A stretch of 64,000 nucleotides of DNA from Eledone cirrhosa (lineage: Eukaryota). Position 1 is the stretch's first letter. Each line of letters opens with the position of its first letter. The notes under the pieces were generated by a model. It saw nothing but the letters and a program-made list of their open reading frames with translations, did not search any database and was not told the origin of the DNA. Location: positions 23,684,001-23,748,000 of the forward strand of contig OZ024749.1 in NCBI GenBank assembly GCA_964016885.1, given 5' to 3'. Shown in pieces: positions 26,960 through 41,576 of the stretch. The position numbers were made by a program, and so were the translations under genes.

Positions 26960-27299
26960 CATCTATATATATATTTATATATACTTCTATGTATACATAT
27001 GTACACGCATAACACAAACGCATGGATGGACGTACGATCTATACGGATTGATAGATATATAAATAGATAGATAGATAAATAGATAAAGAGTGTGTGAGAT
27101 ATATATAGATACATAGAGAGATAGAAAAAAAAAGGGACAGCTGATTAGCCACGCAGAACAACAGACACTTCATTAGTCCACGTGAATGTGAATATTTTTC
27201 ATCAATGGGTAGTAAAATTTCTAGACTGTTTATTTGGAGGAAAAAAATCATACATTATTATCATTATTATTGTTATTATCATTATTATCATTAGCATTA

Positions 27300-27342
<43 letters not shown>

Positions 27343-27724
27343 GTATTATTACTTTTATTAGTCTGTTCTATATTTTTACAGAAATATTGGGATAAATACG
27401 TTTATGAGATTTTTAATAGTGCTCCACTTTTATTTCTGATAATATCGATTTTCGATCGCTTTATCCAGGAAATATTTTCAAGATATTGCTATTTTTGTTT
27501 GATATATTGTGTTTATATATATATACCTATATATATATACCTATATATCTACACATAGACAGAGACATATAAAAATACAAATACACACATATATATATAC
27601 TAGTATATACTGGTATATATGAATACATGAATATGATATATAAATATAGATATATATATATATAGTATACAAATACACACACATATATACACACAAACAG
27701 ACACACACATACACACACATACAA

Positions 27725-27757
<33 letters not shown>

Positions 27758-27992
27758 CGATAGTAGGAATTTTCACAAAGAAGACATTAATAAAAACAAA
27801 ACGTTAATAACACACCATTGAAAAAATATCTGATATTAACTGCTATATTGCGAAAGTGTAATGTTTCTTCACGATACAACATAATTATAGGTATCCCTTA
27901 ATATCATTTGTAAATTCAATTAAATACGTACACATGCATCAAACATCAGCCTACACATATTCATAGTTACACAGACAAAGATGAACTTATAC

Positions 27993-28033
<41 letters not shown>

Positions 28034-28098
28034 TCAAATTTATTATTATTAATATTTTAAGAAATATATATATATACATATATATATATATTTATACA

Positions 28099-28144
<46 letters not shown>

Positions 28145-28160
28145 TATATATATATATATG

Positions 28161-28246
<86 letters not shown>

Positions 28247-28258
28247 TATATATATATG

Positions 28259-28344
<86 letters not shown>

Positions 28345-28507
28345 GTCTGTTGATGACATCAGTTTTAAACTTGTGGCGTCGGAGGGAAGAAAATTCGGTT
28401 ATATTTCTATAATTAAACCCCACCTTCAAACATCATCGCTCACAAAAACGGAAAGAGCGTCCTACATAAACACACACACATACTCACACACATACATACA
28501 CACACAC

Positions 28508-28555
<48 letters not shown>

Positions 28556-28581
28556 ATATATACATATGTATATATATATAT

Positions 28582-28626
<45 letters not shown>

Positions 28627-28629
<3 letters not shown>

Positions 28630-28753
28630 AACGAGTAGGACCCCGACGGGTGAGCTCAAGCCGTTTCGACGGTAAATTCTGGACTAAATGGACATTTAGT
28701 CCAGAATTAGCTGTCGAAACGGCTTGAGCTCAGCCGTCGGGGTCCTACTCGTT

Positions 28754-28756
<3 letters not shown>
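28627..28756. mobile_element. Family B palindrome in (TA)n
   Basis: AGGAACGAGTAGGACCCCGACGG... mirrored by ...CCGTCGGGGTCCTACTCGTTCCT; centre CTAAATG-GA-CATTTAG. Confidence 0.88.
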
Positions 28757-28806
<50 letters not shown>

Positions 28807-29512
28807 GTGTATCTATCTATCTCTCTATATATATATATGTGTGTGTGTGTGTGTATGTATATATTTGCCTGTATTTCTGTGTGGATGAATGCGTGTGCTT
28901 CGGTATATTTATATAAAAAAATGTTAATGGTAGAACAAATTTTATTTGTACGATGTAATCAGTGGGAGCCATTTAATGTTATATTCAGTGGTATAGAATC
29001 AACTAACAATTCCTAGATGGGGAAAGCTTAAAGATGAAGTTTGTACATGAATGCGCAGTATTTGAATTTGAATTACATCGCTCAGGAAAGAATAGAACTT
29101 AAGTGAAATTAGTTTCACAACATTGAATGACAAGCAATTTATTAATTCTTTGCAGGAACATATTTCTGGCTTTTCTCTAAATTAATATTAGAGTTATTAA
29201 ACCGTGGAAGAGTAATTTTAGTTATTTAAACCACAAAAAGACGCTTCTTTTTAATGTGGAAAGATATATAAATCTAAACTATACGAAATGGATTGTAAGA
29301 TGAAGGTATCTTTGTTTTGTTTTTTATTTTGTCATTACTGTTGTTTTCTTCGTCGTAATATTTCGGTACATAAAATTCCCTTCTTCAAAGTATAAGGAAC
29401 TTTCAGATAGTTTTGGATTGAATTCAGATTTAAATATTTAAAATCGTTTTCAAGAGTTTTTCGATAGTTATTTCGCTATTCACGGAATAATGATGTCAAT
29501 TGACGATGTTTC

Positions 29513-29765
29513 CTTTTTTTTTTTTTTTTTTTTAGTTCGGGCGGATTCACCGGTCGATTCTACTTTTCTATTCCAGACGTCACGATCTTTCATGGCAACC
29601 TTGAGATCAGCAATCCCCAGCTGGACATCCCGAGACACTTGATCGATGTAGGTTATTTTCGGTTATCTCCTCTGGGTCTTAAAATATCTAGACATCCACC
29701 ACAGTACGGATCTCTTCTGCTCAACATTCCTTGATAGCGTGCATATCCGTCAAACAAAGACTACT
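29513..29765 (-). mobile_element. RTE-like LINE 3' fragment with poly(A)
   Basis: Minus strand VLWW..RR*PKITYIDQVSRDVQLGIADLKVAMKDRDVW, then A-tail (T run at about 29513-29533). Confidence 0.75.
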
Positions 29766-29962
29766 GTCATTTTTTTGTATTTAGAATTTATTTCTTGCTG
29801 TCAGACACTGTTTCGCAATGTCAGCGACATTTTAACTGGTTTAAGTAACACAGGCTTAAAAGATTAAAAGGATTCTTACGTGCAAGGTGTTATTCCTGGC
29901 CGAAAACTCCGAAACTTCATAATAATAACCCAAAATATATTTCAGAGAAAGCTACAAAATAA

Positions 29963-30141
29963 TTGTTTCTACTTTAGGCACAAGACCAGCAATTACCCAG
30001 TGGATTGCTGGTACTTATTTTATCGACCCCGTAAGGATGAAAGGCAAAGTCAACCTCGGCGGGATTTGAACTCAGATCGTAAAGGGACGTAACTATGCTG
30101 GAAAGCATGGCGTCCGACCCTCTACCGATACTGCCAATCCA
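29963..30141 (-). mobile_element. SINE family A, near full length
   Basis: Near-identical to 40247-40431. Confidence 0.9.
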
Positions 30142-30414
30142 CAATGATTCGAATGTTGGTTTTTCTTTGCCGTTTCAGTATTCAAGTTCATTTGATCCAC
30201 CTCTCACTCGCCAAGCGTGAGAGGTGGACCATTATGACAATAACAAATATTATAAAATATTGGATTCTACCAGAGACAACCGTGAGCATTATTATACAAC
30301 GAGGTATAATATTCACAATGTCTCGGCATGTGTTCCAGCTCACGGCGTCCAAACATCTAAACTCTTCGAAGATAATTTTCTCTTTCCTCAGATAACTCAA
30401 TATCTAAAGAAGCT

Positions 30415-30580
30415 GAGGCGGGGAATTGGCAGAGTCGTTAGAACATCAAATAGAATGCTTTATGTTATTCGTTCTGGCTGTCTATTCTCGGAGTTCAAAT
30501 CTAGCCGAGTTCAACAGGGAATTTCATCGTTCTGAGGTCGATAAAAAAGTACCAGTGTAGCAATGGGGTCGATTCTTCCT
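30415..30580 (+). mobile_element. Old SINE family A-related copy
   Basis: GGCGGGGAATTGGCAGAGTCGTTAG..GAGTTCAAATC..GAGGTCGATAAAA. Confidence 0.75.
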
Positions 30581-30765
30581 CTATAATTCTTTGTTATTTC
30601 GTTTTTCCCACTTTCTATCTTTCTCTGGAAGAAAACAACTATATTCAGGCTTGGAGAGGGATGGACTCCGCCTAGGGTTAAATGCCCAAGTAACACCGTA
30701 TTTCAATACGGCGCCCCTACGAAACTACCAGGAGTTACTGGATAACACATCCATACATACATAAA

Positions 30766-30809
<44 letters not shown>

Positions 30810-30862
30810 TACTCCAGGTTCGATAAATTCATTTACCTATAAAGTGCTGTGTATGTGTGTGT

Positions 30863-30941
<79 letters not shown>

Positions 30942-30942
30942 T

Positions 30943-30995
<53 letters not shown>

Positions 30996-31127
30996 GTATA
31001 CTCTGGAGGAAGATGACAGCTGAAACTCCTTTGATCGCGGGTTTGGTGTAATAAGGTGGGAAATTGGTTAAAATACAAAACATGCTGCAAATGTTAATGC
31101 TACAGTTAAAGGTATGATATATATATA

Positions 31128-31168
31128 TCGAAACGGCTTGAGCTCAGCCGTCGGGGTCCTACTCATTC
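31128..31168 (+). mobile_element. Family B 40-bp fragment in (TA)n
   Basis: CGAAACGGCTTGAGCTCAGCCGTCGGGGTCCTACTC, matching 28716-28750. Confidence 0.85.
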
Positions 31169-31232
31169 ATATATATATATATATATATGATTGTGTGTGT
31201 GTGTGTGTGTATTTGTGTGTATGTATGTATGC

Positions 31233-31344
<112 letters not shown>

Positions 31345-31723
31345 ATAATATATATATATACATATATATATATACATGTGTTGTATGTGTGTTTGTGTGA
31401 GTTCATATGTGTGCATCTGTGTGTATGTATGATGTATGTATAAAGTTATTTATAAACATTTAACGTGGTAGGATATTTGGATGCATATGTCTGTGTATAT
31501 GAGTATGCCTGCGTATAAGTTTGTGTTCGTATATAGCGCTCCTTACAGCCACGTATCTCTCTTTCTCTCTGTGTATATATATATATATACATACCTATAT
31601 ACACACGTGTGCCAGTGATATTTCTTATTTCCGCAACATTACCGGTGTATCTATTTCCATTAACACAATATACATTTCCCGCTCACAATCTCACCCTGTC
31701 TATGGTTGTTTCTACTTCTCATT

Positions 31724-31807
<84 letters not shown>

Positions 31808-31863
31808 GACTCTTTCCGTCAGCCTCTTTCTTTCTGCCCCTCTCTCTGCGTCAGTCTCTCTCT

Positions 31864-31918
<55 letters not shown>

Positions 31919-32524
31919 GTATATAAATTTTCATCTGGATAAATACAGCTAGCGCGCTTCTAAATATATATATATATATATGTGCGTGTGTGTGTGTGCG
32001 TATATATATATACACATATATACCGCACTTAATGTATTTCAATCGTATCCTCTAGCTAGCAGCTAATAAATTTCACACCTCTGTTTAGATGGCAATTTAA
32101 CCGAATTAATAGAATGGCTTCAAAATAAACTGTTTGCTCTTGCTTTTTCATTATAAATTTTTTTGGTTTTTTCTTACTTCTGCTATTCTCTCTCTATCAA
32201 CATCACTTTGAACTGAGTCGACTGCACAATTCCTTGCATGACTAAGCAAAACCATAAGTAATTTGAGACCGTATGAGTAAACTATGTAAACTATATTACC
32301 CAGACTGGTGAATTCTTAACAGGAAAATAAATTGTGTTTCAGGCCTCGGAAACAAGTGGTTAATCTTCGTGTTGTAATGAAGATGTACTATTAATATATA
32401 GTCTTATGTATATACGCACGCATTCAAGTACGTTTGTTTGCAGACGGGCATACGTTCCCAAATACATATATATAAAATGCTGCAGTACAAAAAAAAACAC
32501 GGATGCATACTGGCTTGTAGTCAA

Positions 32525-32616
<92 letters not shown>

Positions 32617-32665
32617 TATATAAGAAAAATGTAGTGCTGCGTGGTTGCACATGGGTTACATATGT

Positions 32666-33182
32666 AGAAAATTAGTCCTTCATCAGTGATCTTCCAACCT
32701 TCATTGGTATTTTATCGCTTTAAAAATCATATACCTCTGGTTGGTGCGAGCAATAACTAAATAAAGTTATTGGGACAAGTAAAATAGTGTGAAGCGAGCG
32801 AGACATGTAAATAAACAAAGATGGCATTGCAACGGAAAGATAGGAAGTGACAAGTACATGATATCTATAAGCTTAAGCTTGGTGAAATCATGGACGAGAG
32901 ATAATCCTTTTCTCGCTCACATCTCACCCAGGTCGGATGGTCTGTATCTCTCGTCCATGATTTCCCCAAGCATAAGCTTATAGATATCATGTACTTGTCT
33001 CTTCCTATCTTTCCGTTGCAATACCATGTTTGTTTATTTACATGTCTCGCTCGCTTCACCCTATTTTACTTGTCCCAACAACTTTATTTAGTTATTGCTC
33101 GCACCAACCAGAGGTATATGATTTTTAAAGCGATGAAATACCAATGAAGGTTGGAAGATCACGGATGAAGGACTAATTTTCT
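32666..33182. repeat. Palindrome with 238-bp arms and 41-nt spacer; truncated HHR cores at outer ends
   Basis: 32666-32903 is the reverse complement of 32945-33182; outer ends read CTGATGA-AGGAC (left, minus) and CGGATGA-AGGAC (right). Confidence 0.9.
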
Positions 33183-33192
33183 TTATATATAT

Positions 33193-33905
33193 TTAAAACA
33201 ATAGCTTACGGTCTTCAAAATGCTTTTAATTAAGTATAAAGTGTATTGCAAAATACATTATATATACATACATATATATATTGCTATTTCAGAGCTCCAA
33301 TTCTAATTTTTAATTTCTGCCTGACCAACAACCGCTCTGCATAATCAGCTCCTGATTATTTACTAGATTTCTATAATAATATAACATCATTGATCTCAGT
33401 AGACAGGTGGAGTAGTTGGCCTTGATAAGCTTCAACCAAAGCGAAACGTGTCATGTCGGCTTATCTCCCCTGTTTGCTGAGATCAAAGTGAGTGAATTTG
33501 TCACTACTTTAAAACAATAGCTTACGGTCTTCAAAATGCTTTTAATTAAGCATAAAGTGTATTGCAAAATACATTATATATACATACATATATATATTGC
33601 TATTTCAGAGCTCCAATTCTAATTTTTAATTTCTGCCTGACCAACAACCGCTCTGCATAATCATCTCCTGATTATTTACTTGATTTCTATAAGAAGATAA
33701 CATCATTGATCTCAGTAGACAGGTGGGGTAGTTGGCCTTGATAAGCTTCAACCAAAGCGAAACATGTCTGGTCGGCTTATCTCCCCTGTTTGCTGAGATC
33801 AAAGTGAGTGAATTTGTCACTACTTTAAAAAAATAGCTTACGGTCTTCAAGATGCTTTTAATTAAGCATAAAGTGTATTGCAAAATACATTATATATACA
33901 TACAT
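33193..33905 (+). mobile_element. Tandem 316-bp monomers (about 2.25 copies), each with a hammerhead-like motif; retrozyme-like family C
   Basis: CTTGATAAGCTT at 33421 and 33737; motif TTGGC-CTTGATAA-GCTT..AAGC-GAAA-C(A/G)TG..GTC-GGCTTA. Confidence 0.7.
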
Positions 33906-33926
33906 ATATATATATGTATATATATA

Positions 33927-33962
<36 letters not shown>

Positions 33963-34278
33963 TATACATACATATTTATTGCTTCCACTGTCTGCTGGGC
34001 TTTGGCGACACACACCTTTTTCGTTTTTGCGTTGATATCATTTTCTCTAGCAAACGCGACGGCTGGGAGAGCCTTTAAGGAACTCATATGTCTGCTTGGC
34101 ACGCGAGCAATGGGACGTGTGTTTTTGCCTGCCGGCGGCATATCGGACTTATGGGTTATCATGTGAGGATAACAACAAATTCATGACGGACATCTCGATT
34201 GCATGGAGAACCGTGGAAATAATTATAATGATTAAACAATCTATGTAACCTCAGCATCATTTTGTTATATATATATAT

Positions 34279-34425
34279 AGGTAGGTAGAATACTGGAGGG
34301 TAATATTCGTAGCAGTAGAGCACTCAGTCCATAGGACGAGTTTGGTAGAGTTAGTAACACAACAGTTAGATCACCATAACGAGAACAATGGTTTCACCTT
34401 GCTGATCTTCAGCTCGGACTGAGAA
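34279..34425 (-). mobile_element. (TA)n-flanked mini-element with decayed HHR (34380-34416) and tail hairpin
   Basis: Minus strand CGAG-CTGAAGA-TCAGCAAGGT-GAAA-CCATTGT-T-CTCG, then AACTC..GAGTGC; tail related to about 47805-47840. Confidence 0.65.
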
Positions 34426-34737
34426 TATATATATATACAGAGAGAGAGAGATTATTAGAAAAATCAGGCGAGATTAGAAGTATTTTGAAGAAAGATATAT
34501 TTCTTTATTTTACATAATTCGTGTTTCTTCACCGTTAAAAAAATGAATAATCAAATGTAGTTGGAAAGTACACCTTACATCTTCATCTATAATAGTGTAA
34601 CACTCGTTGTTCGTGAATGTAAAAAAATCTGAGAAATCTTTAATTCAGTTTGTGTCCTCTTAGTCCTTATGATGATGAATTATTTAAGATAGCCCACGCT
34701 AAATAAAAAAAAAAGACTTTCAGTCATTACTCATTGA

Positions 34738-34820
<83 letters not shown>

Positions 34821-34930
34821 ATATATATATATAAATATATTTACCTATATATATATACATATATAGATACATATTATATATATATATATATATATAATAT
34901 GTATCTATGTATGTATATATATATGTGTAA

Positions 34931-35007
<77 letters not shown>

Positions 35008-35012
35008 ATATT

Positions 35013-35057
<45 letters not shown>

Positions 35058-35062
<5 letters not shown>

Positions 35063-35295
35063 ATATTAACAAATGGAAACTATATTTATAATACCATATA
35101 TATTTCATTATACATATTTCATGGGCCACCAGAGCAAACTATGGTGCGCTTTCATCAGATACAATATAATATAGGTTAGTTTTATAAATAAATATTGACA
35201 TACCCTTAAAAAATGCAACCATTCTGGTTGGAATCTCCTGTATGGTGGAGTTATTAGATTTATTGTTGGTTTATTATGCAAATTAGTGTTGGAAA

Positions 35296-35300
<5 letters not shown>
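35058..35300 (-). mobile_element. Naiad-family pLTR remnant with hammerhead (35102-35165)
   Basis: Minus strand AT-CTGATGA-AAGCGCACCATAG..CAT-GAAA-TATGTAT-A-ATGAAAT; flanks align with 52268-52577 and 58690-58845. Confidence 0.8.
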
Positions 35301-35330
<30 letters not shown>

Positions 35331-35332
<2 letters not shown>

Positions 35333-35452
35333 CGAAGGAAATGTGGTAAGGAACCAGGTGGACCATAACGCACCAAAGTACTCAATAATTAGAGTAGTAG
35401 AGAGGGTAATAGGAACGAGTAGGACCCCGACGGCTGAGCTCAAGCCGTCTCG
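35331..35452 (-). mobile_element. Family B copy in (TA)n
   Basis: Joins the 4457-type tail to the 28627-type half-HHR. Confidence 0.85.
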
Positions 35453-35539
35453 ATATATATATAAATGAAATAATATATATAAATGAAATATAATATATAT
35501 AAATGAAATAATATATATAAATGAAAATAAAGCTATATT

Positions 35540-35585
<46 letters not shown>

Positions 35586-36207
35586 AATATTATAGCTGTA
35601 AAGAATTAGCTTTTAATGAATCCCCTTTCTTTAAATCCTTCAACCAATGACCTCCACCCATCCCAATCCCCGCCCTCTCCTACCACCAGATAAGGAAAGG
35701 CATAAATACTACAAATTACTTGGACAGCCAGCTTCCTGATCATTTCTCACGAATGAAATAGTTCTAGTCCTTTAGAAGCTCTTCTATATTAAAACTGTTA
35801 TACTCTGCTATGTATTGAGTACCTTACTTACCGTGGTTACCTCCGATTCAACACGGATGACTTATATATATATATATATATATATAAACGGAAAAAATGA
35901 AACGAAATTGCATTTCCTACTCTTAGTACGGCAGTTACTTAAATATAAGTATGTATACGTACATACATATATGTATACAGACGTACAGTAGTATGTATAT
36001 ATATATACATACATGCACACACATATATATGTACGTATGGATTCACCGAACATTTATTATAATGCTCGGTGTGTTTGTAAACAAACATCCCGTATTAAGC
36101 TGTAGTGCCTAGCAACCATCTTTGTTCGTTTGTTCAACACTGACAAAGGAACGCTGTACTAGTTTCAAGCTTATTAGCTATCGTCAGCAACGTATACCTT
36201 CATATAT

Positions 36208-36277
<70 letters not shown>

Positions 36278-36306
36278 GTATATATATATATATACATATA
36301 TGTGTG

Positions 36307-36391
<85 letters not shown>

Positions 36392-36515
36392 AGCTATATG
36401 TGAATGTGTAGCCGCTTTATTTTTCCATTCAAGACAGACATGTGATGTGATGATAAAAGAGAAATGGATGGTAAAATAATAAAGATAATAATATATTATA
36501 AATAAAATATATAAT

Positions 36516-36698
36516 TGTTTCTACTTTTTGGCACAAGGCCAGCAATGAATCAGTGTATTACTGGTACTTTATTTTATCGACCCCGTAAGGATGGAAGGCA
36601 AAGTTAACCTTGGCGGGATTTGAACTCAGAATGGCAAGGGCCGTAACTCTTTGCGTCAAAGCATGGCGTCCGATCCCTCTACATATACTGCCAATCCA
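36516..36698 (-). mobile_element. SINE family A
   Basis: Full body with B-box and A-box remnants. Confidence 0.9.
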
Positions 36699-36777
36699 CA
36701 AAATATATAATAATAAAAATAAGAAAACACTCAACATATATCGATGAAAGGGTCAAAACTATTGAGAGGTATATCAC

Positions 36778-37044
36778 TATGACTATGATGATGATGATGA
36801 TATGATGATCATGTTGATGATGATCATGTCGATGATGATGATGGTGGTGATGATGATGATGATGATGATGATGAATATCATGATGATTAAGATAATGATG
36901 GTGATGCTGATGGTGACCCTCCTCATTATCATTAGCATCATCGTCCTCACCGTAATTGTAATTCTCCTCCTCCTCCGCCGCCACTGCTGTTGCTACTACT
37001 ACTACTACTACTTCTACTACTACTACTACTAATACTACTACTAC

Positions 37045-37123
<79 letters not shown>

Positions 37124-37257
37124 GTTGCTGCTGCTACTGTTACTACTATTATTACTACTATCACTACTACTACTACTACTACTAACTCCACCACCACCAC
37201 CACCACCACCACCACCACCACCACCACCACCACCACCACCACCACCACCACCACCAT

Positions 37258-37328
<71 letters not shown>

Positions 37329-38636
37329 ACACAACCACCACCACCACCGCCACCACCACCATCACCACCATCACCACCACCACCAGCACCACCACCACCA
37401 TCACCACCAACATCATCATCATCATTATCACCACAACCACCAACACAACAACCACCAACATCATCATCATCACCACAACCACCAATTCAACCACCACAGC
37501 CACCATCACCAACATCATCATCATCACTACAACCACCAACACAACCACCACCAACATCATCATCATCACCACAACCACCACCACAACCACCACCACCAAC
37601 ATCATCATCATCACTACAACCACCATCACAACCACCACCAACATTATTATCACCACAACCACCACCACAACCACCACCACCAACATCATCACCACAACAA
37701 CCACCACAACCACCACCACAGCCACCAACATTATTATCATTACAACCACCACCACAACCACCACAACCACCACCACCAACATCATCATCATCACCACAAC
37801 CACCACCACAACAACCACCACCACCACCAACATTATTATCATAACAACCACAACAACCACCACCAACATCATCATCATCACCACAACCACCACCACAACC
37901 ACCACAACCACCACCACCAACATCATCATCATCACCACAACCTCCACCACGACTACCACAACCACCACCACCGACATCATCATCACCACCAACATCATCA
38001 TCATCACCACAACCTCAACCACCACCACCACCACCGCAAGCAACACCGCCGCCACCACCCCGACCACCACCACCACCAACCCAATCACCACCACCACCAC
38101 AACCACCACCAAATTCATCATCATCACCACCCCCAACCACCACCACCACCACAACCGATACCATCACAACCACCTCCACCCACCCCAACCACCACCACCA
38201 CCACCACCACCACAACCACCACCACCACCACCACCACCACCAACAACAACATCATCATCATCACCACAACCACCACCACAACCACCACCAACATCATCAG
38301 CACCACCAACATCATCATCATCACCACCACCTCCACCACCACCACCACCACCACCACCACAACCGCCACAATAACAACCACCACCACCACAACCACCACC
38401 ACCCCAACCACCACCACCATCACCACCACCACCACAACCACCACCACCACAACCAGCACCACCACCACAACCGCCACCATCACAACCACCACCACCCCAA
38501 CCACACCAACCACCGCCACCACCACCACCCCAACTACCACCACCACCAGCACCACCAACATCATCATCATCACCACATACACCACCACCACCACCACCAC
38601 CACCACCACCGACATCATCATCGACATCATCATCAG
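36778..38636. repeat. 1.9-kb compound trinucleotide array: (GAT)n, (TAC)n, (CAC)n with higher-order units
   Basis: Recurring CCACCAACATCATCATCATCACCACAACCA units of roughly 30-50 bp. Confidence 0.95.
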
Positions 38637-39118
38637 TGTTATTCATATTTGTTGTCTAGCTGTCCAATGAAGACGTCTTTCTTTCCCGATCTTGACAGCT
38701 GTGAATATGTTGGATTAGCGTTTTTGTTTTCCCATTTCTTTAATTTTTTTTCTCTTTTCTTACTTGTTTGAAGTATTACACGAAAATAGGTGAGCAATTT
38801 GTTTTTTGCGTTCACCTTTATATTTTTCCTGTTATAATATTTTTTAGAAGAAAAAATAATTATTTTTCAGATGTATTTTTTCATTTTTATTTTTTTTATT
38901 TTTTTTTTGCTTTTTTCAGACTGTTTGAATTTACCATGGATACTCCAGAGCAAAAAACCTTCTTCCTGAGATGTACCGAAGAAAACGAAAACCATTCTCA
39001 CAAGGGGTTTAACAGTAAAAAAAAAAAACTTTACATCTTTAAATTTATGGAAATGAAATGGTGACTGCTCCTCGATCTACTCCTCATACTACTACTACTG
39101 CTGCTGCTGATGCTGATG

Positions 39119-39182
<64 letters not shown>

Positions 39183-40246
39183 GAAGAAGAAGAAGAAGAA
39201 GAAGAAGAAGAGTGTTGCGTAAATAATCAGGACAATTACCGCACAACATTTTCTTCGCCATATTAATAACAGAAAACTTTACATAACACATCTTGTATGC
39301 GTAGCCGACCTTTCGGCCTTTTACGAAGCGCTGCGGGGATAATTTTAATATAAAGAGTGGTATGTTCATTCGTTGATATGCTATAAAATAGCTCATATTA
39401 TAGGAAGAAGACTCTTAAAGACGGAAAAAGAATTTGTTTTAGGCACGTTGACATTTATATGAGGGTTGATACTTAAAAAACGGATGTTCTGTCTTACAGC
39501 AAACTCATGATTAATATTCTGTACATTTTTAACTAAGGCTGTTCATAGAATATATATCTGTTGGAAGCTCTCGACTGATGTCACTGCCTTCCATCTTTCT
39601 TTGGCTACATCTCAAAGAATGTTGCATGAATTATTAACGACAGCTGGAGACACAATAAATAACGCACATGATTTCGGATTAAATGTGATTAAAAATTTAT
39701 ATCATTTAATCGTTCTGTATTTGTTTCTTATAATAATATTATATTTAAAAGATTTCTTTTTCCTATTTGTTCTGATAATGGTTTTGACAGCTGATATAAA
39801 ACGAACGTAAACAAGCATATTAAATGTAAGTCACTGTCATCTTTACGGGTATTTGATGGGCTTTGTTTGTATTGGTTTCATTTTTTATCAATTTACTGCT
39901 TGCTTATTTGAGGTGTGTGCATCGGGCTATAAAGAATATAATGATAGAAAGTTTAGAACCGAGTGTTATATCGTAACACAACAAGATTCATTCCGTTATG
40001 ACATATTAAACAAATATATTTTAATCAAACTTTGGTTTTAATCACACTCTGCAATCTAGACAATGCAACCACCACCACCAACAACAACAACAAATATTAA
40101 TTAGAATAAAGTTTCCAAATAATTAAACAAAAAATAAATAATAATGAATTATAACATTTTAAAAACGCATAAACCACAAAACAAGCATAACTCTAAACTA
40201 AATATTCATCAATTATCAATTTAAAATTCGAACAGTAGTAATTAAT

Positions 40247-40431
40247 TGTTTCTACTTTAGGCACAAGGCCAGCAATTACCCAGTGCATTACTGGTACTTT
40301 ATTTTATCGACCCCGTAAGGATGAAAGGCAAAGTCAACCTCGGCGGGATTTGAACTCAGATCGTAAAGGGACGTAACTATGCTGGAAAGCATGGCGTCCG
40401 ACCCTCTACCGATACTGCCAATCTACCGCCC
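40247..40431 (-). mobile_element. Full-length young SINE family A with 19-bp TSD
   Basis: TCGAACAGTAGTAATTAAT at 40228-40246 and 40432-40450; A-box TGGCAGTATCGG; B-box GAGTTCAAATCC. Confidence 0.95.
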
Positions 40432-41288
40432 TCGAACAGTAGTAATTAATGATATTAGATTGAACTCATGTGCTACAAATATGAATTTAGATCGCATCCT
40501 AAATACTGCCTGTTGGATTAGTATTCGATTTACAAATATCAATGATAATAAATAAATAACAACTAAAGAAATAACGAAATGGAGTCTAAATGTATTGTAG
40601 GAAATGAAAACAGACAACACAAATGAAGGATGAGTTAGAATATTTTGTGGGCTTTTTAGTTGTGTTATTTATTTTATTTTTTTTCTAAATCAGGCATGAA
40701 AAAATATTAACACCTCTGCTGCAGCACTGATATATTATTCAGCTTTATAGATTAAAAAAAAAAAAAAATAATGACTCCTTCTTCAATTTATATTCCCGTG
40801 TGTCGGAGAAAGTTGGTAACGTTGCATAGTTCATGCATATAGATGAGACTCGTGTCCATCAATGCTAATATAAACACTCATCAATTTTAAAGTTCTGCCA
40901 CTACTGCTTTCAGAACTAAATGTTGTGGAAGATTTTAAAGTTCCTTCGTTTGATTGGCAAAGTTTGGCTCAATAAGCAAGCACAGTAAAACCTCCCCATT
41001 TCACATTAACAACTTTCTTGTTTCTGTCAGTTTATACAATGCTGCGTGTTCATAACACCCGTCCAGCTAGAGCGCGCAGTTATGGTTTGATGGAAGGTTG
41101 GAAATAACTAAAACTTTTCGGATCTCGTTTCTGACTTATCTAACATTTTCAAGCAACTATAATCATTGCAAGTATTTGCTAAATTTTAAAGAACTGAAGG
41201 GTAAATATACATATAAATTTATAAGTTGGAGGAAGCTCAGAGGCAGGAAGAAACTGTCACTACTGTCAGTTACTGAGTAATGGCTTAT

Positions 41289-41576
41289 AAATATGGTGTT
41301 GTTTTGGTGTTATTATAATTGTTGTTGTCCTTGTTGTTGTTGGTGAAATAACAAAAATAGAAGTTTTCTTCCGAATAAACAACGTGTTTTTCATGTTAGA
41401 TAATTATACTATTTGGATTTCATTACCATAGTAATATACGTCCACGTTTAGTAATTAAACTCCATTTCGTTATTTCTTTAGTTGATTATTTATTTATTAT
41501 CATTGATATTTTTAAATCGAACACAAGCAGTATTTGGGATGCAATCTAAATTCATATTTAATCTAATATCATTAAT
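41289..41576. repeat. Composite inverted duplication of two nearby segments
   Basis: 41289-41451 is the reverse complement of about 42131-42291; 41454-41576 is the reverse complement of about 40445-40590. Confidence 0.85.

Noticed and set aside
30195-30228. 12-bp hairpin TCCACCTCTCAC/GTGAGAGGTGGA
   Set aside because: Isolated, with no ribozyme, Helitron or terminator context.
36679-38154. 491-aa poly-Val ORF and overlapping Pro-rich or Gly-rich ORFs
   Set aside because: Stop-free only because of trinucleotide repeats; open on both strands.
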